From positions 14,508,001-14,572,000 of the forward strand of contig NC_043017.1 of the NCBI RefSeq assembly GCF_006345805.1: 64,000 bases of DNA. Reading direction: 5' to 3'. The number at the start of each line of letters is the position of its first letter. Within the stretch, counting starts at the first letter, position 1. A model generated the notes under the pieces. The model saw nothing but the letters and a program-made list of their open reading frames with translations. It had not been told where the DNA came from and did no database searches. The DNA is from Octopus sinensis (lineage: Eukaryota). The position numbers were made by a program, and so were the translations under genes. Below are positions 35,563 through 48,017 of this stretch, in pieces.

Positions 35563-38116
35563 TGGAACAATGTAGTTGACAGGGTCATTAGGGAAAATAA
35601 ACAGGCTTGGAAGGACTGAAAGAACAGTGGTAGCAGGGAATTGTATCAGACTGCCAGAAGGGAAGCTAGAAGACAGGTTTATTTAGCCAGAGGGGAAGCA
35701 GATAAGGAAAAATTTGCCAATGTTCTGCGTCGTGATGACCAAAGACTTGAGGTATTTTGTGTTGCAAGACAGTGTGTGAGAGAGAATCCTGATGTGGTAG
35801 GAGAGAAATGTGTCCACATGGATGATGGCTCACTTGCATTTAATGAGGCTGAAAAGAGAGAGACTTGGAGAAGCCACTATGAAAGGTTGCGAAATGAAGA
35901 GAATGAATGGGAGAAAGAGAGTCTGTACAATGTCAACCCAACAGAAGGACCAGCTATCCGAGTTGACAGTACCTTGGTAGATAAAGCAATTAAGAGTATG
36001 AAGACAAGGAAAGCCCCAGGCCCATCAGGAATTACTGCAGGGATGCTTAAAATATCTGGTAGTGTCGGCTATAGCCTAGTCACCCGTATAGTTAAGCAGG
36101 TGATACACAAAGGAGTCATACCCAATGACTGGTGTAGCAGCATAATAGTCAACTGCTACAAAGGTAAAGGTGACGCTTTAGATACAAATAAATACAGAGG
36201 TATCAAGCTGTTGGATCAGGTAATGAAGGTCACGTAGAGGGTCATAGCACAACTAATTAGGGAGAGAGTCAGCTTGGATGAGATGCAGTTTGGTTTTGTG
36301 CCAGGGAAAAGCACCACTGATGCCATATTTCTGGTAAGACAGCTGCAGGAGAAACACCTAGCCAAAGATAAACCTCTGTACCTGGCTTTTGTTGACATGG
36401 AGAAAGCCTTTGACAGGGTCCCATGATCCCTTATCTGGCGGTTAATGAGGAAAGTAGGAATAAACGAATGGTTAGTGAGAGCTGTGCAAGCTATGTACAG
36501 GGACACTGTCAGTAAGATGAGGGTTAGCAATGAGTACAGTGAAGAATTCCAGGTAGAGGTAGGGGCCCACCAAGGTTCAGTCCTCAGCCCCCTCTTATTT
36601 ATCATAGTCCTCCAGGCAATAACAGAGGAATTCAAGACACGATGCTCCTGGGAGCTCCTCTGCGCTGACAATCTTGCTCTAATTGCTGAATCACTATCAG
36701 AACTGGAGGAGAAGTTTCAGGTGTGGAAGCAAGGATTAGAATCGAAGGGCCTTAGAGTCAATCTAGCTAAAACCAAAGTCCTAATAAGTAGGAAGGAAGG
36801 CAAAACAGAAATCCCTTCAGGTCGATGGCCCTGCTCGATCTGTAGAAAAGGCGTAGGTAGAAACTCTATAAGATGTACCCAGTGTAAGCTATGGACACAT
36901 AAGGGGTGCAGCAATATCAAAGGAAGGCTAACTGGGAAGATAGTTTTTGTATGTGGCAGATGCTCAGGAGAAATAAACACTGAAAGTGCGCAGAGAACAA
37001 CTTCCGCCACATTCCAAGGAGAAAAACTAGAAGTAGTTGATAGCTTCTGTTACCTAGGTGACCAAGTCAGTAGCGGGGGAGGGTGCGCTGAAAGTGTAGC
37101 TGCTAGAATAAGAGTAGTCTGGACAAAATTCAGAGAGCTCTTACCTCTGCTGGTGACAAAAGGCCCCTTGCTCAGAGTAAAAGGTAGACTGTATGACACG
37201 TGTACGAACAGCCATGCTACATGGCAGTGAAACATGGGCTGTGACTGCTGAGGACATGCGTAAGCTTGCAAGGAATGAAGCTAGTATGCTCCAATGGATG
37301 TGTAATGTTAGTGTGCATACTCGACAGAGTGTAAGTACCTTGAGAGAAAAGTTGGACCTAAGAAGCATCAGATGTAGTGTGCAAGAGAGACAACTGTGCT
37401 GGTATGGCCATGTGGTGAGAATGGATGTAGATAGCTAAAGAGTGAAAATGTGCCACACCCTAGTGCTTAAGGGAATCTGTGGAAGAAGTAGACCCAGGAA
37501 AACCTGGGATGAGGTGGTGAAGCATGACCTTCAAACATTGGGCCTCACCGAGGCAATGACTAGTGACCGGGACCTTTGGAAATATGCTGTGCTTGAGAAG
37601 ACACAGCAAGCCCAAGTGAGACCATAACCTCGTGGCCTATGCCAGTGGTGTAACCAGCCCACTTATGCATACCTTTCCTTCATTGGACACTAAACTCGGC
37701 TTGCATAGACTTGTTGAGGCAAGTGAAATCGAAATTGAAATCAAATTCAATGACTGGCATCCATGCCAGTGGAGCACTAAGAGTACCATACGAGTGAGAT
37801 CGTTGCCAGAGCAACAAACTGGTTTCTATGCTGGTGGCATGTAAAAAGCACCATTCGAGTGTGATTGTTGGGAAAAAACATTTGAGCGAGGTCGTTGCCA
37901 GTGCCGCTGGACTGGCTCCTGTGCAGGTAGCACATAAAAGCACCCACTACACTCTCAGAGTGGTTGGTGCTAGGAAGGGCATCCAGCTGTGGAAACTCTG
38001 CCAGATTAGATTAGAGCCTGGTGCAGCCATCTGGTTTGCCAGACCTCAGTCAAATCGTCCAACCCATGCTAGCATGGAAAGCAGATGTTAAACGATGATG
38101 AGGATGATGATGATGA
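35558..38116 (+). pseudogene. RTE subfamily A LINE, 5'-truncated 2.56-kb copy with near-complete degraded RT
   Basis: KAPGPSGIT...YKGKGD...YRGIKLL*...QFGFVPGKSTTDAIF...AFVDMEKAFDRVP*...HQGSVLSPLLF...CADN (YADD mutated)...PHD...YLG...WYGHV; (GAT)n tail; flanked by (TA)n on both sides. Confidence 0.95.
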
Positions 38117-38225
38117 TATATATAAAACATGAATATTATATTGACAGTTACATTATTGAATTTACAAACACATATGCCTGCATATATACTTACATGCATA
38201 ATGCATATATAAAATAATATATATA

Positions 38226-39810
38226 TCTCTATATATATACAACTGAGAATGTGTGTCTGTCTGTCTGTTTGTCTGTCTGTGTGTTTCCCTAAAACTTGAG
38301 AACTACACAACCAATTTCATTCAAATTTTACACATGCCTTACTTAGGGTCCATGTAGTTTCATGGGCAAAAAAAAAATGTTCAACTTCCTGCCTAGAGCG
38401 AGCCCATAGCAATATCATATCTTCTCCCCTATTTCAGTATTACGTGTTAAAAGTGAAACAAAAACATTTCTCTATTTTATGTCAGATGCTTTCACTTTAA
38501 CAATAAAAATAATAATAACAATTGAATTATATGTAGTAAGTAATAATTAAAATCAAACTAAAGTATAATATAATCATAACATAACAAATGTAAAAATAGC
38601 AATTGGTATAAAATTACATCAATGACTTGAACTTGAATAAGTGGTTTCACATGAATGGGAATAAATTAAAAATAAAATTAGCGTGCAGAAATGGAATAGT
38701 CCAGATGGAGCTGTGCTTTTACATTAGATTATCTGCTAATTAGCTAGCATTAAGTATCTATATGAAGTTTGGCTGTATGTAATATCTGTTTTCTCAAACA
38801 GCTGGTTCTACTGAGTACTGCTGTTGGTTTATTTCTTATACATAAAGGACTAAAGCTTCAACTGCATCCTGCTTTCTGATTCATCGTAAGGTTTGTTGTT
38901 ATTATTATTACTGTTTAACTATTGTTATCACGTTTGTTGATTCCTCGTAAGGGAAACGTTATGTTGCATTTGTTAAATGATTGTAAACCGTAACCCTCCT
39001 CCTTTGGGAGAAGGAGCTTTGGTTATTGTTTAAAAATTGAATTTTGTCCCTGTTTGGGGAAATTGACAATATTTTCACCGTTTACATGGAAGCATTTTTG
39101 TTAGAATGCCTTCGATAGAAGAAAGTCCAAAAATGAAATTCACTGCAGCCGTCGGCGGGCACGAACTCATTGAAATTAAATTGGAAGAAATACAGATTGA
39201 GCACCGACAAAGACGGGGAATCTAGGATAACACCACCAAACGAAATAAAAAATTAAATGAAAGAAAAGACTATTGTCTATAATGTATACAATGTAGAGAA
39301 AAAAAAAAAGATTTGAACACCTGGAGGAAAGCACCATCGAATAGTGTCTTGGTGCGACTATGAAAGATATCAAGTATCTAACCATAGGCGGTAAATTCGC
39401 CACAATAGAAGCAAGGTTCGAGTCAACGGAGCGTGCAAGGGAGTACTCGACTCAAACCTTGCAAAGTGGAAATATTTTATTTTTACCTTTATATCTGGGA
39501 TGTAGGACGTCCCGGATAAAAATTTAAAATGTCCCCCCAGAAGTAGAGGTAGGCTGGATTGTAGCCACACTTCTATACAAGAGAGGGGACAAGATACAAT
39601 TGATCGAAATTGCAAGAGACAGGCCTACAATTCCAGTCTGTTATATATTTTGAGTATTGTTATCACTAGCGATATCAAGATATAACTTTGTATTTTGTAT
39701 TTTATGTGTAGATATATATATGTAGATGTACATGTAATATGTACACATATATATACACATATATACATGCACTAGCACTATGACCTGGCAACGACGGGTC
39801 ATAATGTTAG
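38226..39810 (+). mobile_element. non-autonomous Helitron
   Basis: 5' end A|TCTCTATATATATACAACTGAGAA with (GTCT)n; 3' hairpin tatgacctg-gcaacga-cgggtcata, then atgTTAG|T (CTAG variant); in TA context. Confidence 0.7.
39106..39630 (+). pseudogene. degraded coding fragment inside the Helitron, possibly non-LTR retrotransposon ORF1 (RRM-type)
   Basis: MKDIKYLTIGGKFATIEARFESTERAREYS...LFLPLYLGCRTSRIKI*NVP/PEVEVGWIVATLLYKRGDKIQLIEIAR; CpG-rich relative to flanks; family assignment from memory only. Confidence 0.35.
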
Positions 39811-39854
39811 TATATATATATATATATATGTGTGTGTATATAGAAGAAGAAAAA

Positions 39855-40207
39855 TACTGAGTGCTCCATTTCTTGTCCGGCTGCAATCATCAGCTGGGTG
39901 CTGTGCTTTGCCAAGATTTCGGCCCATTATGCTCAGTATCTCTCCATACGGTGGGTCCACAACAGCTGGACGTACTGCATTGCAACTGGACTCATGCTAG
40001 TTCTGTGGTCTTATATGCTTCCTCAAACCTCCTGGTCATCCAAGCACTCCCCTCAACTGCTTTCTTCCAACATTCCTTGATGATCCACCTTGCAGCAGAT
40101 ACACCAGCCACCTTCAGAAACCTTCTGAGAGAAGCTGCTGGGAAAGCCCAGCAGCCAACCTTGAACGCAACCAGCTCACAGATGTAACCCTTCTCCCGAA
40201 TCTCTAC
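39855..40207 (-). pseudogene. 3' end of a restriction-endonuclease (RLE) non-LTR element, HERO/NeSL-like
   Basis: Minus strand: VEIREKGYICELVAFKVGCWAFPAASLRRFLKVAG...KKAVEGSAWM...* (EVGxRGF-type RLE C-terminus), then a 3' UTR ending in tttttcttcttct. Confidence 0.6.
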
Positions 40208-40555
40208 TACCAGATATTACTGCCGAACCAATCCTCATTGGATGGAGACAGATAATCAACAAGGCGGGGGCAAGGAAATGGTGTGGTGTGGGGTTTGGCA
40301 CAATCAAGTAATTGGACCATTTTATTTTGTGGGCTCTGTGATAGGTGGTTCATATCTGGACATACTTGGCAACAAGATGATGCCTCACATGCATTCCCGT
40401 GGAAGGGGAACTCCTGCCTGGTTTCAGCAGGATGGTACTCTGTCCCATCATGCAATATAGGCTTATGGTTTTCTGAATGAACATTTTTCGGGGAGATGGC
40501 TTGGGCACCACAGGCCAATTGAATGTTTAGAGCTACAAGGACAACACTTGAAACA
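40208..40555 (+). pseudogene. Tc1/mariner-superfamily transposase fragment, rosa (DD41D)-like
   Basis: YYCRTNPHW...MVWCGVWHNQVIGPFYF..SV....YLDIL...WFQQDG..SHHA...FLNEHFSGRWLG. Confidence 0.75.
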
Positions 40556-41639
40556 TTTGTAACGGATTACCTACTTCATTGCTAATGAAGCATATTTACT
40601 CTCTCTCTCATGGTGCATGACTTTGTAACCAGCCTGTGTATATATCATCATCATCATCATTATCATCGTTTAATGTCCGCTTTCAATGCTAGCATGGGTT
40701 GATGGAAGGAGATTAAACAGCCAGACAGATACATACACATCTATTTACAGATTTGCATATGCATACTTACGTATAATATATATAGGATGGGTGCATATAT
40801 ATATATATTTCACCATTAAACATCAATGAGAAAATAGAAAGACTGTTGTGCACAAATGAAATCCCTTGTGATATATTTTCTGCACTGAACTGTAAACACA
40901 CCCTTTGTCATTGTCACCATCGTAAATGTCTGTAACCTTGGAAATCATTGTATGCCAGTTGTGTTTATATATAAAAACAAGACAATTAGTTGAGGTTTAA
41001 AGCAATTACTTGAAGATTAATTATATTCTATAAAGTATATGGTGCATCTATTTCCTGAAGTTATCAATAATGAGATATCAATGAGATTCAATCAATACAT
41101 CCAATGGATATTAGTGATATCATGGGATACAGTATAATGTTGTTCTTGTTCTTGTTTCTGACCATCCCTTATAAATCCATTTACTCTGCCTATATTTTGA
41201 AGGATCTGAGATGGATTTGAACATAGCTCGTAAAGGAATGTAACTGAATATCAAACAACGTTTTTCTCATTACCCAACTGATTCTGTTAAGCTACACTAT
41301 TTGATCCCAGGATGGTATTAAAGACATTCCAGCCATAAACATCCTGCTATATTTCTTTTTAGACAGTGGATCTAACACTGCATTAGCTGATGTTTACTAT
41401 CTTTTTCATGATGGTGTCATCTGAGGGAGATTTTGCTGCTATTTTTTGCTGGTTTAAGAACCACATAAAAGTTATTATTTTTGTTGTTTGACCCAAAGGT
41501 TAGAGTTTGCTTCTGTTTTGTTGTTACCAGTGATTAGTTCCAGAGAAAAAGAGTAAATCTGTTACCCAAAGAGAAGCAGGACTCTGTGCATTGATATCAT
41601 CATAATCTACACTCTGCTGATAATTGGAGCAACATATTT

Positions 41640-41679
<40 letters not shown>

Positions 41680-43563
41680 CACTTTTTAAAGTTATCTCTC
41701 CAGATTTCCGATAGAAACTTGAAGGAGCACTGAAAGTTACGTTTTATATACGAATATATTTATGTAAAGAATGCGACTGAAGATAATAAAATAGTTAATG
41801 TAGATATTAGTTATCAGGAATATGTTTAATATGAAAAAGCAGTGTGTCCAATTGAGTTACACAACTAAATTTGGTGGCTCTTAAAGCAGTGTGTTCATGG
41901 ATGGTCAATAATGGGTTGGATGTAGAGCTGAGGAAAGTGCAATGACACCTGAAATATGTATATACACCCATCACCTACTTTTCTATCTTTAGTTGCATTG
42001 TTTACATGGAGGTATTCATATACGAAACGTCGGCACTTTCAGTGATGGCTCTAGTTTCTATCTCTGGAGGGAGACAGTTTAGAAAGGGATTGAATAGTGT
42101 TGCTAAGAGGTGGGATGCACTATTGACTTATAAACCTTGAATATATACTTGATACTATGTTATAGTTGCACAACAAGATGTGATGTCCATACCAACATTT
42201 TATATATATATATATAAACTTACACACACGCACATAAATATATACATGTGTGTGTGTGTGTGTCTGCGTGCATGCATACGTGTATGTATTATGTAGAGAC
42301 TCTCTGATAATCTATGCACTACCTACCGTCAGTTTGTACACGCCTATCCATCACTCCAGATCCATCACTCTTTAGTCTTTTTGTTGACTTACGATGAAGA
42401 ATGCATCATACATTCTGTTAGTTGTTTGTAATGTCTTCTTTGCGTCTGATTCTGTGTTTCAAAACGAGTCCTGTCGTGGGCTGCTGCTCCAGACAGGAAA
42501 ACTTGTAAAGCACGAGTCATGCAAAGTGTCATTGGCAGGTGTTTGTTGCTTTAAGAAGGCTGGGAGTCATCAGTATGAGTCAATTCAAAGTAATTCAAGA
42601 CTCATACCTGATTTTATTGATCCTGAATGACACCAGACAAAGTTGACCAGAATAGGATTTGAACACACTGTGTAGAGATCTAGAACAAATAGTGCTCTGC
42701 ATTTTGTCCGATGCTCTACCGAACATTCTTGCTAAATCACTTTTGCCATTATTTCTTTCCATCAAGTCACAGTTTACTTCATCCAACCTGCGTAAAACAT
42801 TGAAAATTGTGTTGCCAATAGCAACAGTAGTAATAGCGCCAAGAAATTTGTTTGCTGCAAAATAATTGTGAGGTAACCATAGCAACAATTCATAATATTA
42901 GATGAGGATAATCTAGCTTTATTCCAGTTCTTTGATGTTGGATTCCAGATTAAATTGTTGTCCTTGCCAGTGAAGGACTCAGGCTAAATTTAAATTTTCT
43001 CTCACAAGTTTCAGTTGGAAAAAAAATAGTTGTTGCAGGAGACAAAGAGAATGCCAGGGAGTTGAAGGACTTGTTTAAGGTTGGCATCAATTAATTAGAA
43101 TCTGTAATTTAGGGAGGCAGAAGGGAAATGACCATAGACCCCCACCTGCTCACACATCTTTCAGCCTCCACCACCCCCGTCCCTTTTTTTATCACCACCA
43201 TCCTCTTCCTTCCTCAGTCATCCCTTCCCTTCATAAACCCCTGCAACTAACACAAATCTTTAACTGAATAAATCAAATTGGTCAAACAGAATTAGTAAAC
43301 AACAAGGGAAACTGAACATGAAAGCCTCACACACACATCCTAACATGCAAACACCTTAACCCACACACTCACATCTTAGCACACACACACACACACACTC
43401 ACATCTTAACACACACATCTAGAAGCTTAGATGTCAAATAAAAGCCAGCAAGACTTGGTCTGTGTCCCCTGCTTTCCCTAACTGAGCAGTGATGAGCAGA
43501 CATAGGGACCATCATGGCTCCCATCCTTGATCCAGTGTTACATCAGGGATGTGACAGGCAGAA

Positions 43564-43639
<76 letters not shown>

Positions 43640-44169
43640 GGAGAGACGGGGGTGCTGGTGCTGGTTGATACTTAATTATAGTGGAGTAGCCTGATGCAAC
43701 ATGAAATGGAGAGCCTTGCTCAAGGACACAATGTGTTACAGGGTCCCAAAACCCATGGCAGTACAATCAGAAACCCAATATGCTGACCACTTGCCATATG
43801 CCTTCATTTATGTCTGTATGTATGCAACTGTTGGGGGTGAGTGTATATATGTACTTGGTGGTGTACGTATATGTGTGTTTGATGGTCTGTATGTGTGTAT
43901 TTGATGATGTGTTTATGTGTGCTTGTTGAAGAGCGCGTGAATGTGTTTGTTGAGGAATGTATGTGTGCATGTGCATACACCCATACATCCATCCACACAC
44001 ACACACACACTTAAAGTGGATGGAAATTGTGTGAGCGGGAGACTCAGGAAGACGTTGGACAAAGTACTGAAGGCCAGTCTCTGGACACTGAACTTAAGAT
44101 GATAAAGAACTGGGATACCCGGTGCCGTGCTGTTCTCCAAAATACTTGTCCACTGCAGCAGAATTGCTA

Positions 44170-44468
44170 ATGCTCCTCTTCCAGCTGACATGGCTTTTGC
44201 CTTGCAAGTGTCCTATGCTGGTGCCACATAAAAATTAACCATGCCAGCACCATGTGCCACATAAGAAGCACCTGTGTTGGTGCCACATAAGATACACTCT
44301 TCACTCTGCCACATAAAATGCATCCAGTTCACTCGATAAAGTCGCTGGCGTTGGGAAGGACATCCAGCCATAGAAACCATGTGAACATAGTTCAACTCTG
44401 CATCTTCTCTGCTCTGGTCAAAACCATGCCAATATGGAAAATTGGTATTAAACAATGATGATGATGAT

Positions 44469-44470
<2 letters not shown>
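44170..44470 (+). mobile_element. RTE 3' UTR fragment, degraded
   Basis: gctggtgccacataaaa repeats, ggcgttgggaaggacatccagcc, ccatgccaatatggaaa...(GAT)n running into (TA)n. Confidence 0.75.
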
Positions 44471-44515
<45 letters not shown>

Positions 44516-44600
44516 GTAGGTCCCGGGTTGAGTCGGGGTTAACCACAGTAAATAAGGTACTCAATACATAGCAGAGTAAATTAATTTATTATATAGAAGG

Positions 44601-44651
44601 AGCTTCTACAGGACTAGAACTGTTTCATTCAAAAGAAATCATCAGGAAGCT
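44601..44651 (-). ncRNA. mirror copy of the same hammerhead-like motif
   Basis: Follows from the perfect palindrome. Confidence 0.7.
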
Positions 44652-44698
44652 TCCTGATGATTTCTTTTGAATGAAACAGTTCTAGTCCTGTAGAAGCT
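44648..44698 (+). ncRNA. type I hammerhead ribozyme-like motif, complete
   Basis: Stem I agcttc/gaagct; CTGATGA 44654-44660; stem II t-ttc(tttt)gaa-t; GAAA 44673-44676; stem III acag/ctgt with loop ttctagtc; predicted cleavage after GUA at 44692. Confidence 0.7.
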
Positions 44699-44709
44699 CC
44701 TTCTATATA

Positions 44710-44744
<35 letters not shown>

Positions 44745-45019
44745 TCACATCCGTGGTGGGTGTGGTAGATATGCTCTAACATGTCTACCACACCCAGCCA
44801 TTCCATTTTCTCTCACTATGGCTTGCAACAGCCATCTTCTTATCTCTAAACTTCTATCTTTACATTCTTATGGACTATTCCTCTTAATTGCTTCTGTACC
44901 ACATTGTTCCCTGTAGATAGGCCCCAATATATCTTCAAAAGCATTTACCTTTCTCTCTCTCTCTCTCCTTGACTGTCTCTCTGTCTTTCTAACTCTCTCT
45001 CTCTCTCTCCTTGACTGTC

Positions 45020-45405
45020 TCTCTGTCTTTCTAACTCTCTCTCTCTATCTCTCTCCTGACTTTCTTTCCCTGTCCTACAGGTGTAGCTAAGCATCCCCTC
45101 CATAGTAAGGCAACTATCTCTGTCCCTTTATTAAACTCTAAACTCTCACCTGGCCCACAGTCACTTCCCTAATTCCACTCCTTCTCCTCTCAGTCGAGAG
45201 GTCTTCATCTGGAAAGCTACTTGGCAACCTTGCTGGTGCTGGCGCCACATAATAAGCACCCAGTCCACACTCTGTAAAGTGGTTGGCATTAGGAAGGACA
45301 TCCAGCCACAGAAACCAGGCCAAAACAGACGAATGGAGCCTGGTCCAATCCATGCCAGCATGGAGAAAGAATGTTAAATGATGATGATGATGATGATGAT
45401 GATGA
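45020..45405 (+). mobile_element. RTE subfamily B 3' UTR
   Basis: caacttgctggtgctggcgccacataataagcacccag...gtggttggcattaggaaggacatccagcc...ccatgccagcatgg...(GAT)n. Confidence 0.8.
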
Positions 45406-46000
45406 CGACACACCCACCTTGACATATTTAATCAGAATATTAATCAAAATATCTAAAATTGCTCAACAGTGAACAATGAAAATGCAAGGCACTCAAGTCC
45501 CTGTCAAATCATCAAATTAAGGCCTAAATGAGATTTCAGAATATACTTAAATGAGTATTTTTGTAACAATAATACAGTTTGTGGTCCTAAACGTTCCTGT
45601 TGTTGATGTGCATGACTTTAATGGTTCTGTGATGTTCAGTAGTAATAAGTGGGAGTGCTGTCGACTGACAGAGCGTTGCAATGTAAATGCCTCAAGGGTG
45701 AGAAGCAAGAATCAATAACTATTTGTTGATTGTCATTTGATCAAACAAACCTTTTGGCTTGAATAACGACAAATGTAGTTTCCATGGGTCCCTTGCGGGT
45801 TGTTTTGCATGATTAATAGAAATAGATTTAGCCTTGAGCATTGCAGACATTGTCCACTGTGGGACAGAAATGGTGAAACCTGGGAGTTAAATTTAATGTG
45901 AAACAGACTTTCAACATAGGCCAGGCTTGTAAAGAATGTATGTATATATAGAGAGAGATATGCACACACACATACAGAAAAATATACATACATGTTTATT

Positions 46001-46042
<42 letters not shown>

Positions 46043-46272
46043 TGAGAGAGAGAGAGAGAGAGAGAAGGAATAAAAGAGACTAAAAGACAGAGTTGTGTGA
46101 GAGGAAGAGAGAAAATGAGATAAAAAGATAGCCACACAGAGTGAGAGGGAGAGACAGACAAAGAGCAATGTATGAAAGAGAGAGAAAGAGAGAGAGAGAG
46201 AGAGTCACAGACAGACAGACAGATAGAGAGGGTATTCATATGATAGATATGATAGATAGAGAGGGTATTCCA

Positions 46273-46510
46273 GGGCGGCGAGCTGGCAGAACCGTTAGCA
46301 CGTCGGGCAAAATGCTTAGCGGTATTTCGTCTGCCGTTACGTTGTGAGTTCAAATTCCGCCGAGGTCGACTTTGCCTTTCATCCTTTCGGGGTCGATAAA
46401 TTAAATACCAGTTGTGCACTGGGGTCGATGTAATCGACTTAATACCTATGTCTGTCCTTGTTTGTCCCCTCTATGTTTAGCCCCTTGTGGGTAATAAAGA
46501 AATAGGTATT
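46273..46510 (+). mobile_element. tRNA-derived SINE family 2, full length, young
   Basis: gggcggcgagctggcagaaccgttagc (A-box region), gagttcaaattcc (B box, 46346-46358), CpG-rich, tail gtgggtaataaagaaata. Confidence 0.95.
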
Positions 46511-47140
46511 CATATGAAATGAAGGCAGAGAGAACAGAAACACAGTTTGTAAAACCTCTCAATTAACTGGCACTTAAACTAAAGCAAAAGTTTCCAGAGA
46601 GCCTTGGTTGTTTCTACTGAGTCAGATCCCAATTGAATGAAATCGCTGGGCTCAACAAGCATCCATCCATCCATTGAAATGTGTGTGTGTGTGTCGATGG
46701 ATCCCACATGGCCGTTTGCTGTGGATGATTCATGTAAGGAATAAGAAATGCAATGCCAATAAATTCATCTCCAAGTAGATCCACCATTTATTCAAGACAG
46801 CTGGAGAGAAGATGAAGGGGACGGAGGGATGAAGCTCTCCTCAAAGCAGAAATCTGGTCGAAATACTTACAATGGAGGAGATGCTTCTAAGCACTGGCAA
46901 GATTCGGCTGCTCCCCAAATCAGAAACTCCTGACCTACCACAAAACATCCTGCCCGGTGGTACTCTGAGGATTCTCTCTCATCACTGATACATTTCATTT
47001 CATAAATCATTAACAAAATGAAAGGTAAAGTTTACCTTGGCAGGGCTGGCACTTAGGTATTTAGTGTCCCCTTCTCTCAGTTGGGTTGGTTTGGAGAAAA
47101 CAGCCAAGAACAGCAGCTTGTGCACGTGCGTGTGTGTGTG

Positions 47141-47203
<63 letters not shown>

Positions 47204-47912
47204 TAGTAGTGTCTATCTATCTATACTATCATCACCATTTTAATGTCCTTTTTTTCCATATTTGCATGGGTCAAATGGAATTTGTGAAGGCAGATTGGTT
47301 GTATAACCGGATGCCTTTCCTCTCCTCAGCCTCCACCTGTTTGCATGTGAGGAAATAATGGCTAGACATGTTTGCCCAGAAGTCAGTGGTGATTCCATTT
47401 TCTACAAAACCATTTTACAAACAAAACCAATTCTTCATAGAGAAATAGGGATTCCAATAATTTTCAGGTGAAGAAAAATATTTTATTACCAAATTTTTAC
47501 TTTTTGTTTGCTTGTGTTTTTGAGAATACGTTTTTAGATAAAAAAATGTTCTCAAACGAGTAAAGAATTTGAGTAATGAGCCCTTAGTTGTTCTGTTGTG
47601 TGGTGTCAGCTCTGGAGAGCAGGAATAAATAAGGGGTTCAAATTTAGGCAGAAGGGCAGCAAGTCTAAAGGGAAATTTAGGAAGAAGGGAGCAAGTCATT
47701 ACATTGCCTCCATTCTGTTCGACTGGTACTTCTTTTACCAATCCCAACAAGGGTTGAAAAGGGTTGAAAAGAATTTTTTGTATTTTGGTTTTTCATATCA
47801 TGTGTGTTTGAAAAACTACTGAAAGTGCTTACACACAATACTAAATCTATTTTCCATAAGGTTTGTGTTGTTTTGCCTTTCGGTTATTTTTTTAATATTA
47901 TTGATAAGTTTA

Positions 47913-48004
<92 letters not shown>

Positions 48005-48017
48005 ATATATATATATA

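Larger units (their letters stand above)
44516..44715. mobile_element. Penelope-like terminal fragment ending in a perfect 132-bp palindrome (44584-44715)
   Basis: Palindrome centre is AAGCTT (44647-44652) with no spacer; the left arm continues for 68 more bp; embedded in (TA)n. Confidence 0.75.

Noticed and set aside
39890-39935. GAAA...CTGATGA on the minus strand in the HERO-like 3' UTR (permuted hammerhead?)
   Set aside because: I could not find an NUH site with stems I and III.
46763-46950. Short open frame (VDPPFIQDSWREDEG...) and a minus-strand gtaagt donor
   Set aside because: No recognisable domain; splice signals are ambiguous on both strands.
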